Assembly: GCA_964570655.1 (NCBI GenBank)
Contig: CAZMYU010000002.1
Location: 11,367 to 75,366 of the forward strand
Direction: 5' to 3'
Length of the DNA stretch: 64,000 nt
Source: an uncultured Gammaproteobacteria bacterium
GTDB lineage: Bacteria > Patescibacteriota > Patescibacteriia > Patescibacteriales > UBA12465
Part shown: piece by piece, positions 37,576 to 48,078 of the stretch
How positions within the stretch are numbered: the stretch's first letter is position 1
Layout: the number at the start of each line of letters is the position of its first letter
Notes under the pieces: model-generated
What the model was told of the DNA's origin: nothing
Databases searched by the model: none
What the model saw: only the letters and a program-made list of their open reading frames with translations
Position numbers and translations under genes: made by a program

Positions 37576-39504
37576 ATGACTTCCAAATCTAGTGCGAAAA
37601 AAAATCATGGCTCGTCTTTCAAATTTAACCGCCAGAATATAATCTTAGCGGTTGTTTTTTTATTAGCCTTGGTATTAATCGGGCGTTTAGTTTTTTTGCA
37701 AATTATTCAACATAATTTTTATTTGAGCAAAGCCAAAAAACAACAAGAGTTTTCTGGAATTTTACCAGCCAGACGAGGCCGGATTATGCTTAGTGATTAT
37801 TCAATGGGGCTTAGTTCTTCTAGCCCGACTATCTTGGCCACTGATAAAAATTTTGCGACCCTATATGCTATTCCCAAGGATTTAAACGAAGAGCAGGCCA
37901 AATTTTTGGCCGAGAAACTTTATAATATGTTTGACTCTCCTTCAGCTTTGACCAAACAGAACCTGGCTAGTTCCACTATCGATAAACAAATTATTATTAA
38001 TACTTATTTAGAAAAACTCACGAAGCAGGACGATCCCTATGAAGTTTTGCGTAGAAAATTATCCGAAGAAGAACTTTTGGGTTTTTATGCTTCTATTTTG
38101 AGCAGCACCTCAACTCCTCTGAGCGCTAGTGATTTGGAAATAAAAAATAGTTTGATTTTTAATAAATCTCTGACCGTTACTCCCAGGGTAGTAGTGACCT
38201 ATCCAGGACTGGGTTATGAAATGGAACCTTATCGGTATTATCCAGAAAAAAACTTAGGGTCTCAATTTTTGGGTTTTGTAAATATGGAAAGAAAAGGGAA
38301 TTATGGTTTGGAAGAATTTTATAATAAAAAATTGGCCGGTCAGGATGGGCAGATAAAAAGTGAGCGCAGTGGAATTGCTAATATGCTCATTAGTTCTAAC
38401 AGTGATTATGATGAGCCCAAAAATGGTCAGGACTTCATATTAACCATTGATCGGAATGTGGAATTTTTCGCTTGTTCTAAACTGAAAGACTATCAAGCCA
38501 AATTTAAATTTAGTAGCGGCACTGTTATTATTGTCGATCCTAAGACTGGGGCGATTATTGCGATGTGTTCTTGGCCGGATTTTGATCCTAATCAATATGC
38601 CAAAATTGATAATCCCAAAATTTTTAGTAATCCAGCGGTCAATGATCAGTATGAGCCGGGTTCAGTATTTAAAACCATTACCATGGCGGCCGCTTTAGAT
38701 CAGGGCAAGGTGAGTCCCGAAACCACTTATGTTGATAAGGGGCAGAGAATGATCGAGGGTTGGCCGAAGCCACTGAGTAATTCTGATTTTGAGACTTTTG
38801 GCGGACATGGGGTAACTACCATGACTACAGTTTTGGAAAAATCTTTAAACACTGGAGCAATTTTTGCCATGGAACAAATTGGTCCGGTAATTTTTGCTGA
38901 TTATGTGAAAAAATTTGGTTTTGGCAAAACGGCCGGTATTGAATTGCCCGGAGAAGTGAGTGGAGATATTAATTCGCTTTTGCAAAAAAAAATCAAGCCA
39001 ATTTCTGGGGCCACCGCTTCTTTTGGTCAGGGAATCGCAGTGACTCCGCTGCAAATGCTGATGTCTTATGCGGCCTTGGCTAATCGAGGAAATTTGATGC
39101 GGCCTTATATTGTTAAACAAATTATTTCCGAAGATGGGACTTCGGAAGAATTCAAACCAAAAATGGTGCGTCAGGTAGTTTCAGAAAAAACAGCCACCAC
39201 TATTTTGGCCATGCTTACCGAGGTGGTCGAAAAAGGACATTCTAAACAAGCTGCAGTCAAAGGATATTATGTGGGGGGTAAAACCGGAACAGCCCAGATT
39301 CCGGCACCAGGCGGTGGTTATATTGAAGGTGACACTTATATTCATACTTTTGTGGGCATGGCGCCAATTGACAATCCGGCTTTTGTCATGCTAGTAAAAC
39401 TAGATAGACCTCAGGTTCGCTTTGCCGAGAGCTCGGCTGCTCCACTTTTTGGGGAGATTGCTGATTTTTTGCTCAAGTATTATAAAATTCCCACTAATCG
39501 ATAA
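37576..39504 (+). CDS. ftsI: penicillin-binding protein 2 / FtsI transpeptidase
   Basis: 'GSVFKT' (SxxK), 'SLNTG' (SxN), 'GKTGTAQ' (KTG). Confidence 0.85.
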   Translation: MTSKSSAKKNHGSSFKFNRQNIILAVVFLLALVLIGRLVFLQIIQHNFYLSKAKKQQEFSGILPARRGRIMLSDYSMGLSSSSPTILATDKNFATLYAIPKDLNEEQAKFLAEKLYNMFDSPSALTKQNLASSTIDKQIIINTYLEKLTKQDDPYEVLRRKLSEEELLGFYASILSSTSTPLSASDLEIKNSLIFNKSLTVTPRVVVTYPGLGYEMEPYRYYPEKNLGSQFLGFVNMERKGNYGLEEFYNKKLAGQDGQIKSERSGIANMLISSNSDYDEPKNGQDFILTIDRNVEFFACSKLKDYQAKFKFSSGTVIIVDPKTGAIIAMCSWPDFDPNQYAKIDNPKIFSNPAVNDQYEPGSVFKTITMAAALDQGKVSPETTYVDKGQRMIEGWPKPLSNSDFETFGGHGVTTMTTVLEKSLNTGAIFAMEQIGPVIFADYVKKFGFGKTAGIELPGEVSGDINSLLQKKIKPISGATASFGQGIAVTPLQMLMSYAALANRGNLMRPYIVKQIISEDGTSEEFKPKMVRQVVSEKTATTILAMLTEVVEKGHSKQAAVKGYYVGGKTGTAQIPAPGGGYIEGDTYIHTFVGMAPIDNPAFVMLVKLDRPQVRFAESSAAPLFGEIADFLLKYYKIPTNR

Positions 39505-39509
39505 TCATT

Positions 39510-40781
39510 ATGAAAAATATTGCTTTTTTTATTTTAAAAACAATGGCCAAAATTATTCTCCGCAAATATCAGCCGGAGATTATTGGTATCACTGGTAGCT
39601 TTGGCAAGACTAGTGCGAAAGAAGCAATTTTTACAGTTTTAAAAAATAAATTAAATGCTTCAGCTAGTCGTAAAAATTATAATAATGAATTGGGACTGCC
39701 TCTAAGTATTTTATTATCTTCGGCTCCAGGCAAGAGTTTGGGCAAATGGTGGCAAATTGGCAAAAAATTTTTTCAATTATGGGTTCAAAGAGATTTGAAT
39801 TATCCGCCCCTCTTAATTTTGGAAATGGGCGTTGATCATCCTGGGGATATGGATAAATTATTAAGTGTGGTGCATCCGCGCATTGGGGTGTTGACGGCAA
39901 TTGGTTCGGCTCATTTAGAATTTTTTGGTCAAATCGAAAAAATTAAAGAAGAAAAACAAAAATTATTAGCCGCTTTGCCCAAGGAGGGTTGTGCGGTTGT
40001 CAATTTCGACGATGAATTGTGTCGGCTGGCTAGTTTGGAATCCAAGGCTGTAGTTATTAGTTATGGTCTTCATGAGCAGGCTAAGGTTCAGGCCAAAGAA
40101 ATCGTTTATAATTTTGGTGAAGATAATTCTGGTATTAGTTGCAAGGTCTCTTATAATGGTTCGGAGGTGCCTTTATTTTTACCACAAGTTATTGGTCCCG
40201 GGGCTCTGTCGGCCGCCTTGTCAGCTGTGGCCGTGGGTCTGTCTTATGGTTTGAATTTGGTGGAGATTACTAATGCGCTCAAAGATTTTCGTTTGCCGAC
40301 TGGGCGCTTTCAGACGATCAAAGGTCTTAATAATTGTGTGATTATTGATGATACTTATAATGCTTCACCCGAAGCAGTGTTAGGGGCGCTCAAGGTCATG
40401 CAAGAGTTTAATTGGCCAGGAGCCAAGATTGCTATCTTAGGAGATATGTTGGAGTTGGGGGCTTATAGTCAAGAAGGACATTTTTTGGTGGGAAAAATGG
40501 TAGCTAGCGGTTCTTTGAATAAGTTAATTACGGTTGGGAGCTTATCAACCGCGACTCATCAAAAAGCCATTGAACTTGGTTTCAATTCTAATAATGTTAT
40601 TCACTTTGCTAATAGTTTGCTAGCTGCGCAAAATATTCAAGATTTAATTCCAGCTGGTTCTTTGGTTTTGATCAAGGGTTCCCAGGGTGCCCGGATGGAA
40701 AAAATTAGTGCTGCCTTATTGGATCCCAGTTTAGATCCCAAAAATGTTTTAGCCCGCCAAGATGAATCTTGGGTAAAATAA
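39510..40781 (+). CDS. murF: Mur ligase, probably UDP-MurNAc-tripeptide--D-Ala-D-Ala ligase
   Basis: 'IGITGSFGKTSAKE' Mur ligase P-loop; 423 aa; dcw cluster position. Confidence 0.65.
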   Translation: MKNIAFFILKTMAKIILRKYQPEIIGITGSFGKTSAKEAIFTVLKNKLNASASRKNYNNELGLPLSILLSSAPGKSLGKWWQIGKKFFQLWVQRDLNYPPLLILEMGVDHPGDMDKLLSVVHPRIGVLTAIGSAHLEFFGQIEKIKEEKQKLLAALPKEGCAVVNFDDELCRLASLESKAVVISYGLHEQAKVQAKEIVYNFGEDNSGISCKVSYNGSEVPLFLPQVIGPGALSAALSAVAVGLSYGLNLVEITNALKDFRLPTGRFQTIKGLNNCVIIDDTYNASPEAVLGALKVMQEFNWPGAKIAILGDMLELGAYSQEGHFLVGKMVASGSLNKLITVGSLSTATHQKAIELGFNSNNVIHFANSLLAAQNIQDLIPAGSLVLIKGSQGARMEKISAALLDPSLDPKNVLARQDESWVK

Positions 40782-41824
40782 ATATTATGTTGGTCACTGG
40801 TTTTATTACTTATAATGAGTCGACAGTCAAATATTTGGCTGATTTTTTGCCGAGTCTTAAAGCGGCTTTGGATTTGTGGCGAGCTAATAGTGGTGATGAG
40901 TATGAGATTATTAATTTTGACAATAGTACTCCGGGTCACTTAGAAAATCGCGACTATATTAAAAAGAATTTTCCAGATATTCGGATTGTCGAAAATAATG
41001 CTAATATTGGTTTTGCGCGGGCTTATAATAGCATGATTAGAGCGGCCGTTCTGAAAGGGGCTGATTATTTTTTTATGGTGAATCCGGATATCACTTTGGC
41101 ACTTGATTCGATTTGGCAGATGTTTTCGGAGATTATCAAGGATGAGAAAATTGCTGGGATTGCTCCGCGAATTTTGAAATGGAATTTCTCAGAAAAAAAA
41201 CTAAGCGATATTATTGATAGCGATGGTTTGTATATGACCAAGGCTCATCGTTTTTGTGATCGTCATCAGGGTTTAAAATTAAATGAAGTGGACCAAAAAG
41301 TAGAGGCCGTTTTTGGGTTTACTGGGGCCGCGGTTCTACTTAGGATCAAGGCCTTAGAAGATGTGGCTTGGAAATTTAATAATAATTTTGAATTTTTGGA
41401 TGAGCTGATGTTTATGTACAAAGAGGATGCTGATTTGTCGTATCGCTTGCAACTCGCTGCTTGGAAAATAATTTTTTGCCCGCAGGCCTTGGTGTATCAT
41501 GACCGCACAGCCAATCCCTTGGGGGAATCATCTTGGCAAATTATAGCCAATCGCCGTCTGAAGAGTCGCCACGTTAAGGAGTGGTCTTTTATGAATCAAC
41601 TAGTGGTTTATAATCGGTACCGGCGTCTAAGGTATTCAGCTCAGGCGCGCTGGCAAACCACTGTTTATCATTGGCAGAGCCTGATTTATGTTTTGGTTTT
41701 TGAATCATACTTAATTCCTCAAATAGTCAAATTCTGGCGAGCTAAAAAAATAAGACAAGCCAAGCGTCGGGCTCTAGTTATTAGAGTCGCTCCCCAAGAT
41801 TTAGAAAAAAGGCTTATTTATTAG
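40769..41824 (+). CDS. family 2 glycosyltransferase
   Basis: N-terminal GT-A fold region 'MLVTGFITYNES', DxD-like 'MVNPDIT'. Confidence 0.6.
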   Translation: MGKINIMLVTGFITYNESTVKYLADFLPSLKAALDLWRANSGDEYEIINFDNSTPGHLENRDYIKKNFPDIRIVENNANIGFARAYNSMIRAAVLKGADYFFMVNPDITLALDSIWQMFSEIIKDEKIAGIAPRILKWNFSEKKLSDIIDSDGLYMTKAHRFCDRHQGLKLNEVDQKVEAVFGFTGAAVLLRIKALEDVAWKFNNNFEFLDELMFMYKEDADLSYRLQLAAWKIIFCPQALVYHDRTANPLGESSWQIIANRRLKSRHVKEWSFMNQLVVYNRYRRLRYSAQARWQTTVYHWQSLIYVLVFESYLIPQIVKFWRAKKIRQAKRRALVIRVAPQDLEKRLIY

Positions 41825-41943
41825 TAAAATAGCTTAAATGTGAGCTGGCCATCAACTCTTTAGCACGGTCATTTTAGGGGTATTGACTTCTAATTTGATT
41901 TATGCCAATATATAGGCAGTTATCAATTTAACGCCTTTTTTAT

Positions 41944-42963
41944 ATGGAGAATATTTTGGAAAAAATTATTAAAGATCGCAAAGTCGAAGAGTTGAATAAA
42001 TTGAACGCTGTCAAAATTGCCAGTGGACTTTTGAACGAACTCTTAGAAAGAGAACGGGATATTTTGACCCGTCGTTTTGGTTTAAGCGGAGCCGAAGGGG
42101 AAACCTTGGAGCAAATCGGTAAACTTCATAAATTGACCAGAGAACGAGTCCGACAAATTGAATCTAGCAGCTTGAAGAAAATCAAGAAACTAGATTATTT
42201 GGATGAGTCGCTTTCTACTATCAAAAAAGCGGTTAGTCAATTGCTAGAAGAGCATGGCGGGGTGATGGATCAAAATCTAATGTTGGATATTTTGTCTATT
42301 ATCTGTTTAGAGCCCAAGGCCTCTGAGACTGATCGAGAAATTTGTAAAAAACATTTTGATTTTGTCATCTCCAAGCTATTAACTGACGATTTTGAACTAA
42401 ATGGTCAGTCTGACAATTTCAATTCTTTGTATAAATTCAAAGATCATAATTTGAAACCGATCAACGAAGTGGCTGATGATTTGCTCAAAAATGTCGCCAA
42501 GGCTGATGGTCTTATGTCTTTCGAAGACTTGTTAGAACTCATTAAAAATTTGGGTTCCTATGCCAAACATCGAGAAAAATTAGGAACTGACAAATCCAGT
42601 GATTTGCTTGATGTCTTTAAACATGAATTATTTAATGAATCAGCTGAGCTAATCAATAATAATAAACATCTCTATTCACTAATTACCGGAGTCAAACATA
42701 TTAATCGTAATAAATTTGGTGATTGGGGTCTAAGCGATTCTCCGGAGGTCAAACCCAAAAAGATTAGCGATAAGATCTATTTGGTTCTCAAACATCAGGG
42801 TGAGCCAATGCATTTCAAGGATATTGCTGATAAAATTAATGAAATTGACTTTGATCATAAGAAGGCTAATGCGGGTACGGCTCATAATGAACTCATTCTG
42901 GATGATCGTTTCGAGCTTGTCGGCCGAGGACTTTATGGCCTTAAAGAGTGGAACAAAAAATAA
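41944..42963 (+). CDS. sigma-70 region 4 HTH + C-terminal HARE-HTH (RpoE-delta-like) fusion protein
   Basis: 'GETLEQIGKLHKLTRERVRQIESSSLKKIKK' sigma region 4; C-term 'PMHFKDIADKI...LILDDRFELVGRGLYGLKEW' resembles HARE-HTH. Confidence 0.5.
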   Translation: MENILEKIIKDRKVEELNKLNAVKIASGLLNELLERERDILTRRFGLSGAEGETLEQIGKLHKLTRERVRQIESSSLKKIKKLDYLDESLSTIKKAVSQLLEEHGGVMDQNLMLDILSIICLEPKASETDREICKKHFDFVISKLLTDDFELNGQSDNFNSLYKFKDHNLKPINEVADDLLKNVAKADGLMSFEDLLELIKNLGSYAKHREKLGTDKSSDLLDVFKHELFNESAELINNNKHLYSLITGVKHINRNKFGDWGLSDSPEVKPKKISDKIYLVLKHQGEPMHFKDIADKINEIDFDHKKANAGTAHNELILDDRFELVGRGLYGLKEWNKK

Positions 42964-42985
42964 TTAATTTAAAAATTTCAATACC

Positions 42986-43015
42986 AAACCAGTCGCTTCG
43001 TAGCGACTGGTTTTT
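42986..43015 (+). terminator. rho-independent terminator (aaaccagtcgc ttcgt agcgactggttttt)
   Basis: 11-bp stem + T-run. Confidence 0.65.
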
Positions 43016-43083
43016 GGTTACTAAAATATTGCCGAGCCTTGGCTTTTATGTTAAAATAAAAGCATGGTTTTAGACCAAATTTT

Positions 43084-44559
43084 ATGAATATTGTTTTGTA
43101 TCTGACCCCGGCTCAGGAATTTTTAAATTTACCACCCGACGTACTGCTCTGGCGTTTTATGCAGTACTATGGGTGGGTTATTATTGGGATAATATTTTTG
43201 GCCAACTTTGTGGAGCTGTGGCTTTTGAATGCCCAAGAAAAATATGCGGCCAATCTCAAATATACTTTGTTAGCTATCGATATTCCTAAAAATAATGAGC
43301 AATCACCAGCGGCCGTAGAAAATCTATTTACTTATTTGGGTGGTGCTCATAGCACTATCAATTGGTATGATAAATGGATTGATGGCAAATTTCAGCCGGC
43401 TTTTAGTTTTGAAATTGTTAGTATTGATGGTTATACTCAATTTATAATTCGCACTCCAGTTGATTCTCGTAATATAGTAGAATCAGCAATTTATTCCCAA
43501 TATCCTGATGCGGAAATTACCGAAATTGATGATTATACCGAAGGGGTCCCTAGAAGTTTTCCAGATCCCGAATACGATTTGATGGGCGGTGAGTTTATGC
43601 AACAGATCAACCACATGTATCCGATCAAGTTGTATAAAGAATTTGAACACCAAATTGGTCCTAAGGAAAATGTTTTCAAAGACCCTATGGCTTCGCTCAT
43701 GGATTTATGTAGTAGCATGATCAAGGGTGAGCAGTTTTGGTTTCAACTCTTGGTAGTGCCCACTGGTTTTGATTGGATGGGTGAAGCTGATGATGAGGTG
43801 AATAAGATTCTAGGAAAAAAAGCCAAAGTGACTGGCATTAATGCCTTTATTGATAGTATTGTGAAGATTATCGGTGTGATTAGTGAGGCCATTTATCGTT
43901 TATGGGAGGGAATTGAAGATAAGGACACTGAAAAACCTCCTCTGAAAATGTTGGACTTAACTCCACTTCAGAAAAAAAGAGTTGAGGGTCTGCATTATAA
44001 AATTTCCAAGCTAGGATTTTTAGCTAAGATTAGAGTGGTGTATATAGCCAGGAAAGAAGTTTTCAATCCCAAAAAAGCTTTTAGTGGTTTTGTTGGTTTT
44101 GCCAAACAATTTATGGCTTTGGATATGAACAGCTTGAAACCGGATATGAGTGTGACGGTTACTTCCACAGCTTATTTTGCCAAAGTTAAGCGACTTAATT
44201 ATCGCAAAGGCAAGGTTCTCACTAATTATATTAATCGGAGTGCTTGGGCTGGTCGGAGTCCAGGGATTTTTAATATTGAAGAGTTGGCGACTATTTGGCA
44301 TTTCCCAATTGAGGCTAATGTGAAGGCTCCGCTTCTGCAAAAGACCCCAGCCAAAAAAGCTAAACCGCCGATTAGTTTACCGACTGAAGAAAGTATTATT
44401 TACCATAATGATTTGGAAAGTGATCTGGCTTTTTCTATGGCTGACGAAGGCAATCAGAAAGAAGCTGATAAAAAAAATACCGTCTTGGACGAGGAGGCAC
44501 CTCTGGCTAGCAATCCGACGGCCAAAAGTGCACCACCGAGTAATTTGCCATTTGGTTGA
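43084..44559 (+). CDS. hypothetical membrane-anchored protein (N-terminal TM, Lys-rich disordered C-terminus)
   Basis: 491-aa ORF; no recognisable domain. Confidence 0.45.
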   Translation: MNIVLYLTPAQEFLNLPPDVLLWRFMQYYGWVIIGIIFLANFVELWLLNAQEKYAANLKYTLLAIDIPKNNEQSPAAVENLFTYLGGAHSTINWYDKWIDGKFQPAFSFEIVSIDGYTQFIIRTPVDSRNIVESAIYSQYPDAEITEIDDYTEGVPRSFPDPEYDLMGGEFMQQINHMYPIKLYKEFEHQIGPKENVFKDPMASLMDLCSSMIKGEQFWFQLLVVPTGFDWMGEADDEVNKILGKKAKVTGINAFIDSIVKIIGVISEAIYRLWEGIEDKDTEKPPLKMLDLTPLQKKRVEGLHYKISKLGFLAKIRVVYIARKEVFNPKKAFSGFVGFAKQFMALDMNSLKPDMSVTVTSTAYFAKVKRLNYRKGKVLTNYINRSAWAGRSPGIFNIEELATIWHFPIEANVKAPLLQKTPAKKAKPPISLPTEESIIYHNDLESDLAFSMADEGNQKEADKKNTVLDEEAPLASNPTAKSAPPSNLPFG

Positions 44560-45764
44560 TAATTTTTTATATGAACAAAAAAAATATTCGGATTGGTATC
44601 GATGCTCGGTTTTATGGACCTGGAGGTAAGGGCTTGGGGCGATATACCAAACAAATTGTCGATAATATTCTAAAAATTGATGAAGGGCATGAATATGCTA
44701 TTTTTTTGCATGCTGACAATTTTGATGAGTTTGTGGTTCCCGATGAATTAATAGGTCGAGTCCAAAAAATCAAGGTGCGGGCTCGCTGGTATGGAATAAG
44801 AGAGCAACTGATCATGCCGTTTAAAATTTGGCGCACCGGTATCAACCTCATGCATTTCCCGCATTTTAATGTGCCCCTGGTTTGTCCTAGTCCGTTTATT
44901 GTGACTATTCATGATTTGATTTTGACCAAGTTTCCGACCACTCGGGCCTCAACTCTTAAACCGTTTTTTTATCATTTTAAGAATTTGGCTTATCGTCTAG
45001 TTATTAAATCAGCTTTGCGGCGGGCCAAAAAGATTATCGCTGTTTCGCAATTTACCAAACAAGATATTATTAGTCAGTTTAAAGTAATTGATAGTAAAAT
45101 TGAGGTGATTTATGAAGGGGTGGCCAATTTACAAACTGATCAAGATTCTTTGTTTGTCAAAAAACAAGACCAGGAAATTACTCTCCACAAATATGGACTG
45201 CCCAATAATTTTTTGTTGTATGTGGGCAATGCTTATCCGCATAAAAATTTAGATTTTCTTTTGAAAGTTTTCAAATTTAGTCATAAAAAACATGAAGATT
45301 GGCATCTAGTTCTAGTGGGCAAAAGTGATTATTTTTATGAACGCCTGAAGAATGAAGCTCGTCACTTGGGCTTATTCATTGATAACGATTTAAACAGCCC
45401 GGTTATTTTTCCGGGTTATGTGCCGGATCAAGACTTGGAAGCTTTGTATGCCCGAGCCCGGCTTTATATTTTTCCGTCACTTTATGAGGGCTTTGGCCTT
45501 CCGCCACTGGAGGCGATGTCCCAAAATTGCCCAGTACTTAGCTCGGATCGAGCTAGTTTGCCAGAAGTATTGGGAGAGGCCGCGCTTTATTTTGATCCAG
45601 AAAGTGCTGCTGACTTACTTAATAAAATTGAGGTGTTGATGACTAATGATCTAGCTCGCGACAAGCTAATTCGTTTGGGGCAAGAACAATTTAGAAGATA
45701 TAATTGGTGGGAAGCGGCTAGCAGTACTTATAATGTTTATAAAAAAATTATTTATGGTCTCTAA
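44556..45764 (+). CDS. family 4 (GT-B) glycosyltransferase
   Basis: 'EGFGLPPLEAM' GT4 EX7E-region motif. Confidence 0.75.
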   Translation: MIIFYMNKKNIRIGIDARFYGPGGKGLGRYTKQIVDNILKIDEGHEYAIFLHADNFDEFVVPDELIGRVQKIKVRARWYGIREQLIMPFKIWRTGINLMHFPHFNVPLVCPSPFIVTIHDLILTKFPTTRASTLKPFFYHFKNLAYRLVIKSALRRAKKIIAVSQFTKQDIISQFKVIDSKIEVIYEGVANLQTDQDSLFVKKQDQEITLHKYGLPNNFLLYVGNAYPHKNLDFLLKVFKFSHKKHEDWHLVLVGKSDYFYERLKNEARHLGLFIDNDLNSPVIFPGYVPDQDLEALYARARLYIFPSLYEGFGLPPLEAMSQNCPVLSSDRASLPEVLGEAALYFDPESAADLLNKIEVLMTNDLARDKLIRLGQEQFRRYNWWEAASSTYNVYKKIIYGL

Positions 45765-48075
45765 AAGGAAGACAATCAAAGTAGAAGTTTCTCCAAAGGT
45801 TTTGGCTGGACATGAGCCTTCCCGTTTTGTGGTTGATTTCAAGAAAAAATTTGTTGATGACGAACTCACTACCAAAAAAAATGATAATCATCGTCATAGG
45901 GCCAAACATGTCTTGATAGCTCCGGATTTTTCCAAGTTTAAAGAAGTGGCTGCCCCTACTCCTCGCCCAGTCAAAGAAGATAAAAATTATAAAATTAATT
46001 TTAAGCCCAAATTATCAGGAATGCTAATTTTTGTTGGAGCGCTACTGGTTTTGGCTATTTTATTTAAGGGTTGGACTTATTACCATCTGCTGAGTCGTGC
46101 TAATCAATCGGCTATTTATGGTTCTTCTAATCAAGCCTTGGCTTATCTAAAGGGAGCGATGCGTAATTTGTCGTCTATGGATTTGTCATCGGCTAATAAT
46201 GATTTTTCTAGCGCTGCCTCTGATTTTGTAGATGCTGGACAAAAATTAAATGATATTGATGAATTGGTCGGAGTGTTATCGGCTATTTCTGATCGGCCAG
46301 AATTGAAATTGGCTTCGGAGTCGCAAAAAATAATGGAAGCTGGCGCTCTAGCTTCTTCGGCTGGAGCCAATCTAACGGCGGCTTTTAATTCTTTGACCGC
46401 TTGTCTGGGCGTCAATTGTCCGGATCTTAAAGAACGTTTGGATAGTTTTTTGAATAATTCTTATGTGGCTATTGATAATGTCCATGAGCTCAATAAAGAG
46501 CTAGCCACTATCAAAGTCAAACGTTTGCCGGTTGAGTATCAGGGAACTTTTAAGGAGCTCCAAGAAAAATCGGCTCTCCTGGAAAAGACTTTGAAGCGTT
46601 TTGTTAATTTGGCTGCCAGTCTTAATGATTTTTTGGGGGTACAGACCGATAAACGATATCTACTGATTTTTCAAAATAATAGTGAATTGCGCCCTTCGGG
46701 TGGTTTTATTGGTAGCTATGCTTTGGCGGATATTAAAAATGGCACTTTAGAAAAATTGGAAATTCCCAAAGGCGGATCTTATGATCTCAAAGCTGGTTCG
46801 CGAATGCTACTGGCAGCGCCTGAGCCTTTACGACTAGTGAGCCCTTTATGGTATTTTTGGGATGCTAATTGGTGGCCAGATTGGCGTCGCAGTGCCAAAA
46901 ATCTGCAATGGTTTTTGGAGAAAAGTGATGGACCGTCAACCGACGGGGTGATTGCGGTGACTCCGACGGTTTTGGAAAAACTTTTGGCTGTGACTGGTCC
47001 AATTGATTTGCAAGCCAAGTATGGCGTAATTATTGATCAAAATAATTTTTGGTTAATGACTCAAAGTATTGTGGAGGCCACTGGTCAGGGTGAGAGGCGA
47101 GCCACTAGTTCTTGGCCCATGCTCTCTAGCAGTACTTTGGCGCTCATTGCCAGTGCTAGCTCTACCGAACCCAAAGCTATTATTGGTGATTTGACCACCA
47201 AGATTTTAGAAGAACTTCCAAAGAAATTAGACAAAGATAATCTTTTGAAAATTTTAAATATTTTTGACGAGGCGCTACGAGAAAAACAGATTTTGGTTTA
47301 TTTTAGTGATCCAGTTTTGGAGGCCAAGCTGTCTAAAAACTTTTTGGATGGTCGACAACGTAATTATGATAATGATTATTTGATGGTGGTAGATACTAAT
47401 ATTGCTGGGGGCAAAAGTGATTACAAAATTAAACAAAAGATTAATCAAGAAGTAAACATTGATAGCCAGGGAGTGATTACTGATAAATTAATTATTACTC
47501 GCACTCATGAGGGAATAAAAAGAGAAGCACTCTCGGGAGTGCGGAATGTTAATTGGCTTAGAGTTTATGTGCCCAAAGGTTCACAGCTAATCTCGGCTTC
47601 TGGTTTTAGTGCTCCGGATCCTAAATATTTTGATGCTCCGGTGGAGTCCGCTGAAATTCATCCCTATATTCAAGAGACTGAAATGACAGCGACTATTGAC
47701 CAGGCTAGTGGGGTGCGGATTTATCAAGAAGGCAATTATACCGTCTTAGCTGGGTGGACCATGGTTGATCCAGGTCAGGAGATTAGTATTTCTTTGGAGT
47801 ATCAATTGCCTAGCAAATTAAAAACTTATCAAACTACCAAATATTTTTGGTCTGATTTTTGGAATTGGCTCATTAGCCGAGATCCTTTGTATGTGTATTC
47901 ACTAATTTTGGATAAACAGCCCGGCATTTTCCCATCAGATTTTACCCAAACTATTAATTTGGCGAACAAAAAGTTTGTTTGGGCCTATCCTTTTGCTTTG
48001 AGTGCTTCATCAAGCACTAGTAGCTTAGTTGATAGTTTAAATGGCGATAAATATTATTTTGTTTTAATTAAATAA
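45733..48075 (+). CDS. large membrane-anchored extracytoplasmic protein with 'ELRPSGGFIG' motif (DUF4012-like), paralog of 57937..59514
   Basis: N-terminal TM; shared blocks 'ELRP(S/T)GGFIG', 'DANW(W/S)PDW', 'VIA(V/I)TP.V...L..TGP' with second copy. Confidence 0.55.
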   Translation: MFIKKLFMVSKRKTIKVEVSPKVLAGHEPSRFVVDFKKKFVDDELTTKKNDNHRHRAKHVLIAPDFSKFKEVAAPTPRPVKEDKNYKINFKPKLSGMLIFVGALLVLAILFKGWTYYHLLSRANQSAIYGSSNQALAYLKGAMRNLSSMDLSSANNDFSSAASDFVDAGQKLNDIDELVGVLSAISDRPELKLASESQKIMEAGALASSAGANLTAAFNSLTACLGVNCPDLKERLDSFLNNSYVAIDNVHELNKELATIKVKRLPVEYQGTFKELQEKSALLEKTLKRFVNLAASLNDFLGVQTDKRYLLIFQNNSELRPSGGFIGSYALADIKNGTLEKLEIPKGGSYDLKAGSRMLLAAPEPLRLVSPLWYFWDANWWPDWRRSAKNLQWFLEKSDGPSTDGVIAVTPTVLEKLLAVTGPIDLQAKYGVIIDQNNFWLMTQSIVEATGQGERRATSSWPMLSSSTLALIASASSTEPKAIIGDLTTKILEELPKKLDKDNLLKILNIFDEALREKQILVYFSDPVLEAKLSKNFLDGRQRNYDNDYLMVVDTNIAGGKSDYKIKQKINQEVNIDSQGVITDKLIITRTHEGIKREALSGVRNVNWLRVYVPKGSQLISASGFSAPDPKYFDAPVESAEIHPYIQETEMTATIDQASGVRIYQEGNYTVLAGWTMVDPGQEISISLEYQLPSKLKTYQTTKYFWSDFWNWLISRDPLYVYSLILDKQPGIFPSDFTQTINLANKKFVWAYPFALSASSSTSSLVDSLNGDKYYFVLIK

Positions 48076-48078
48076 AAT

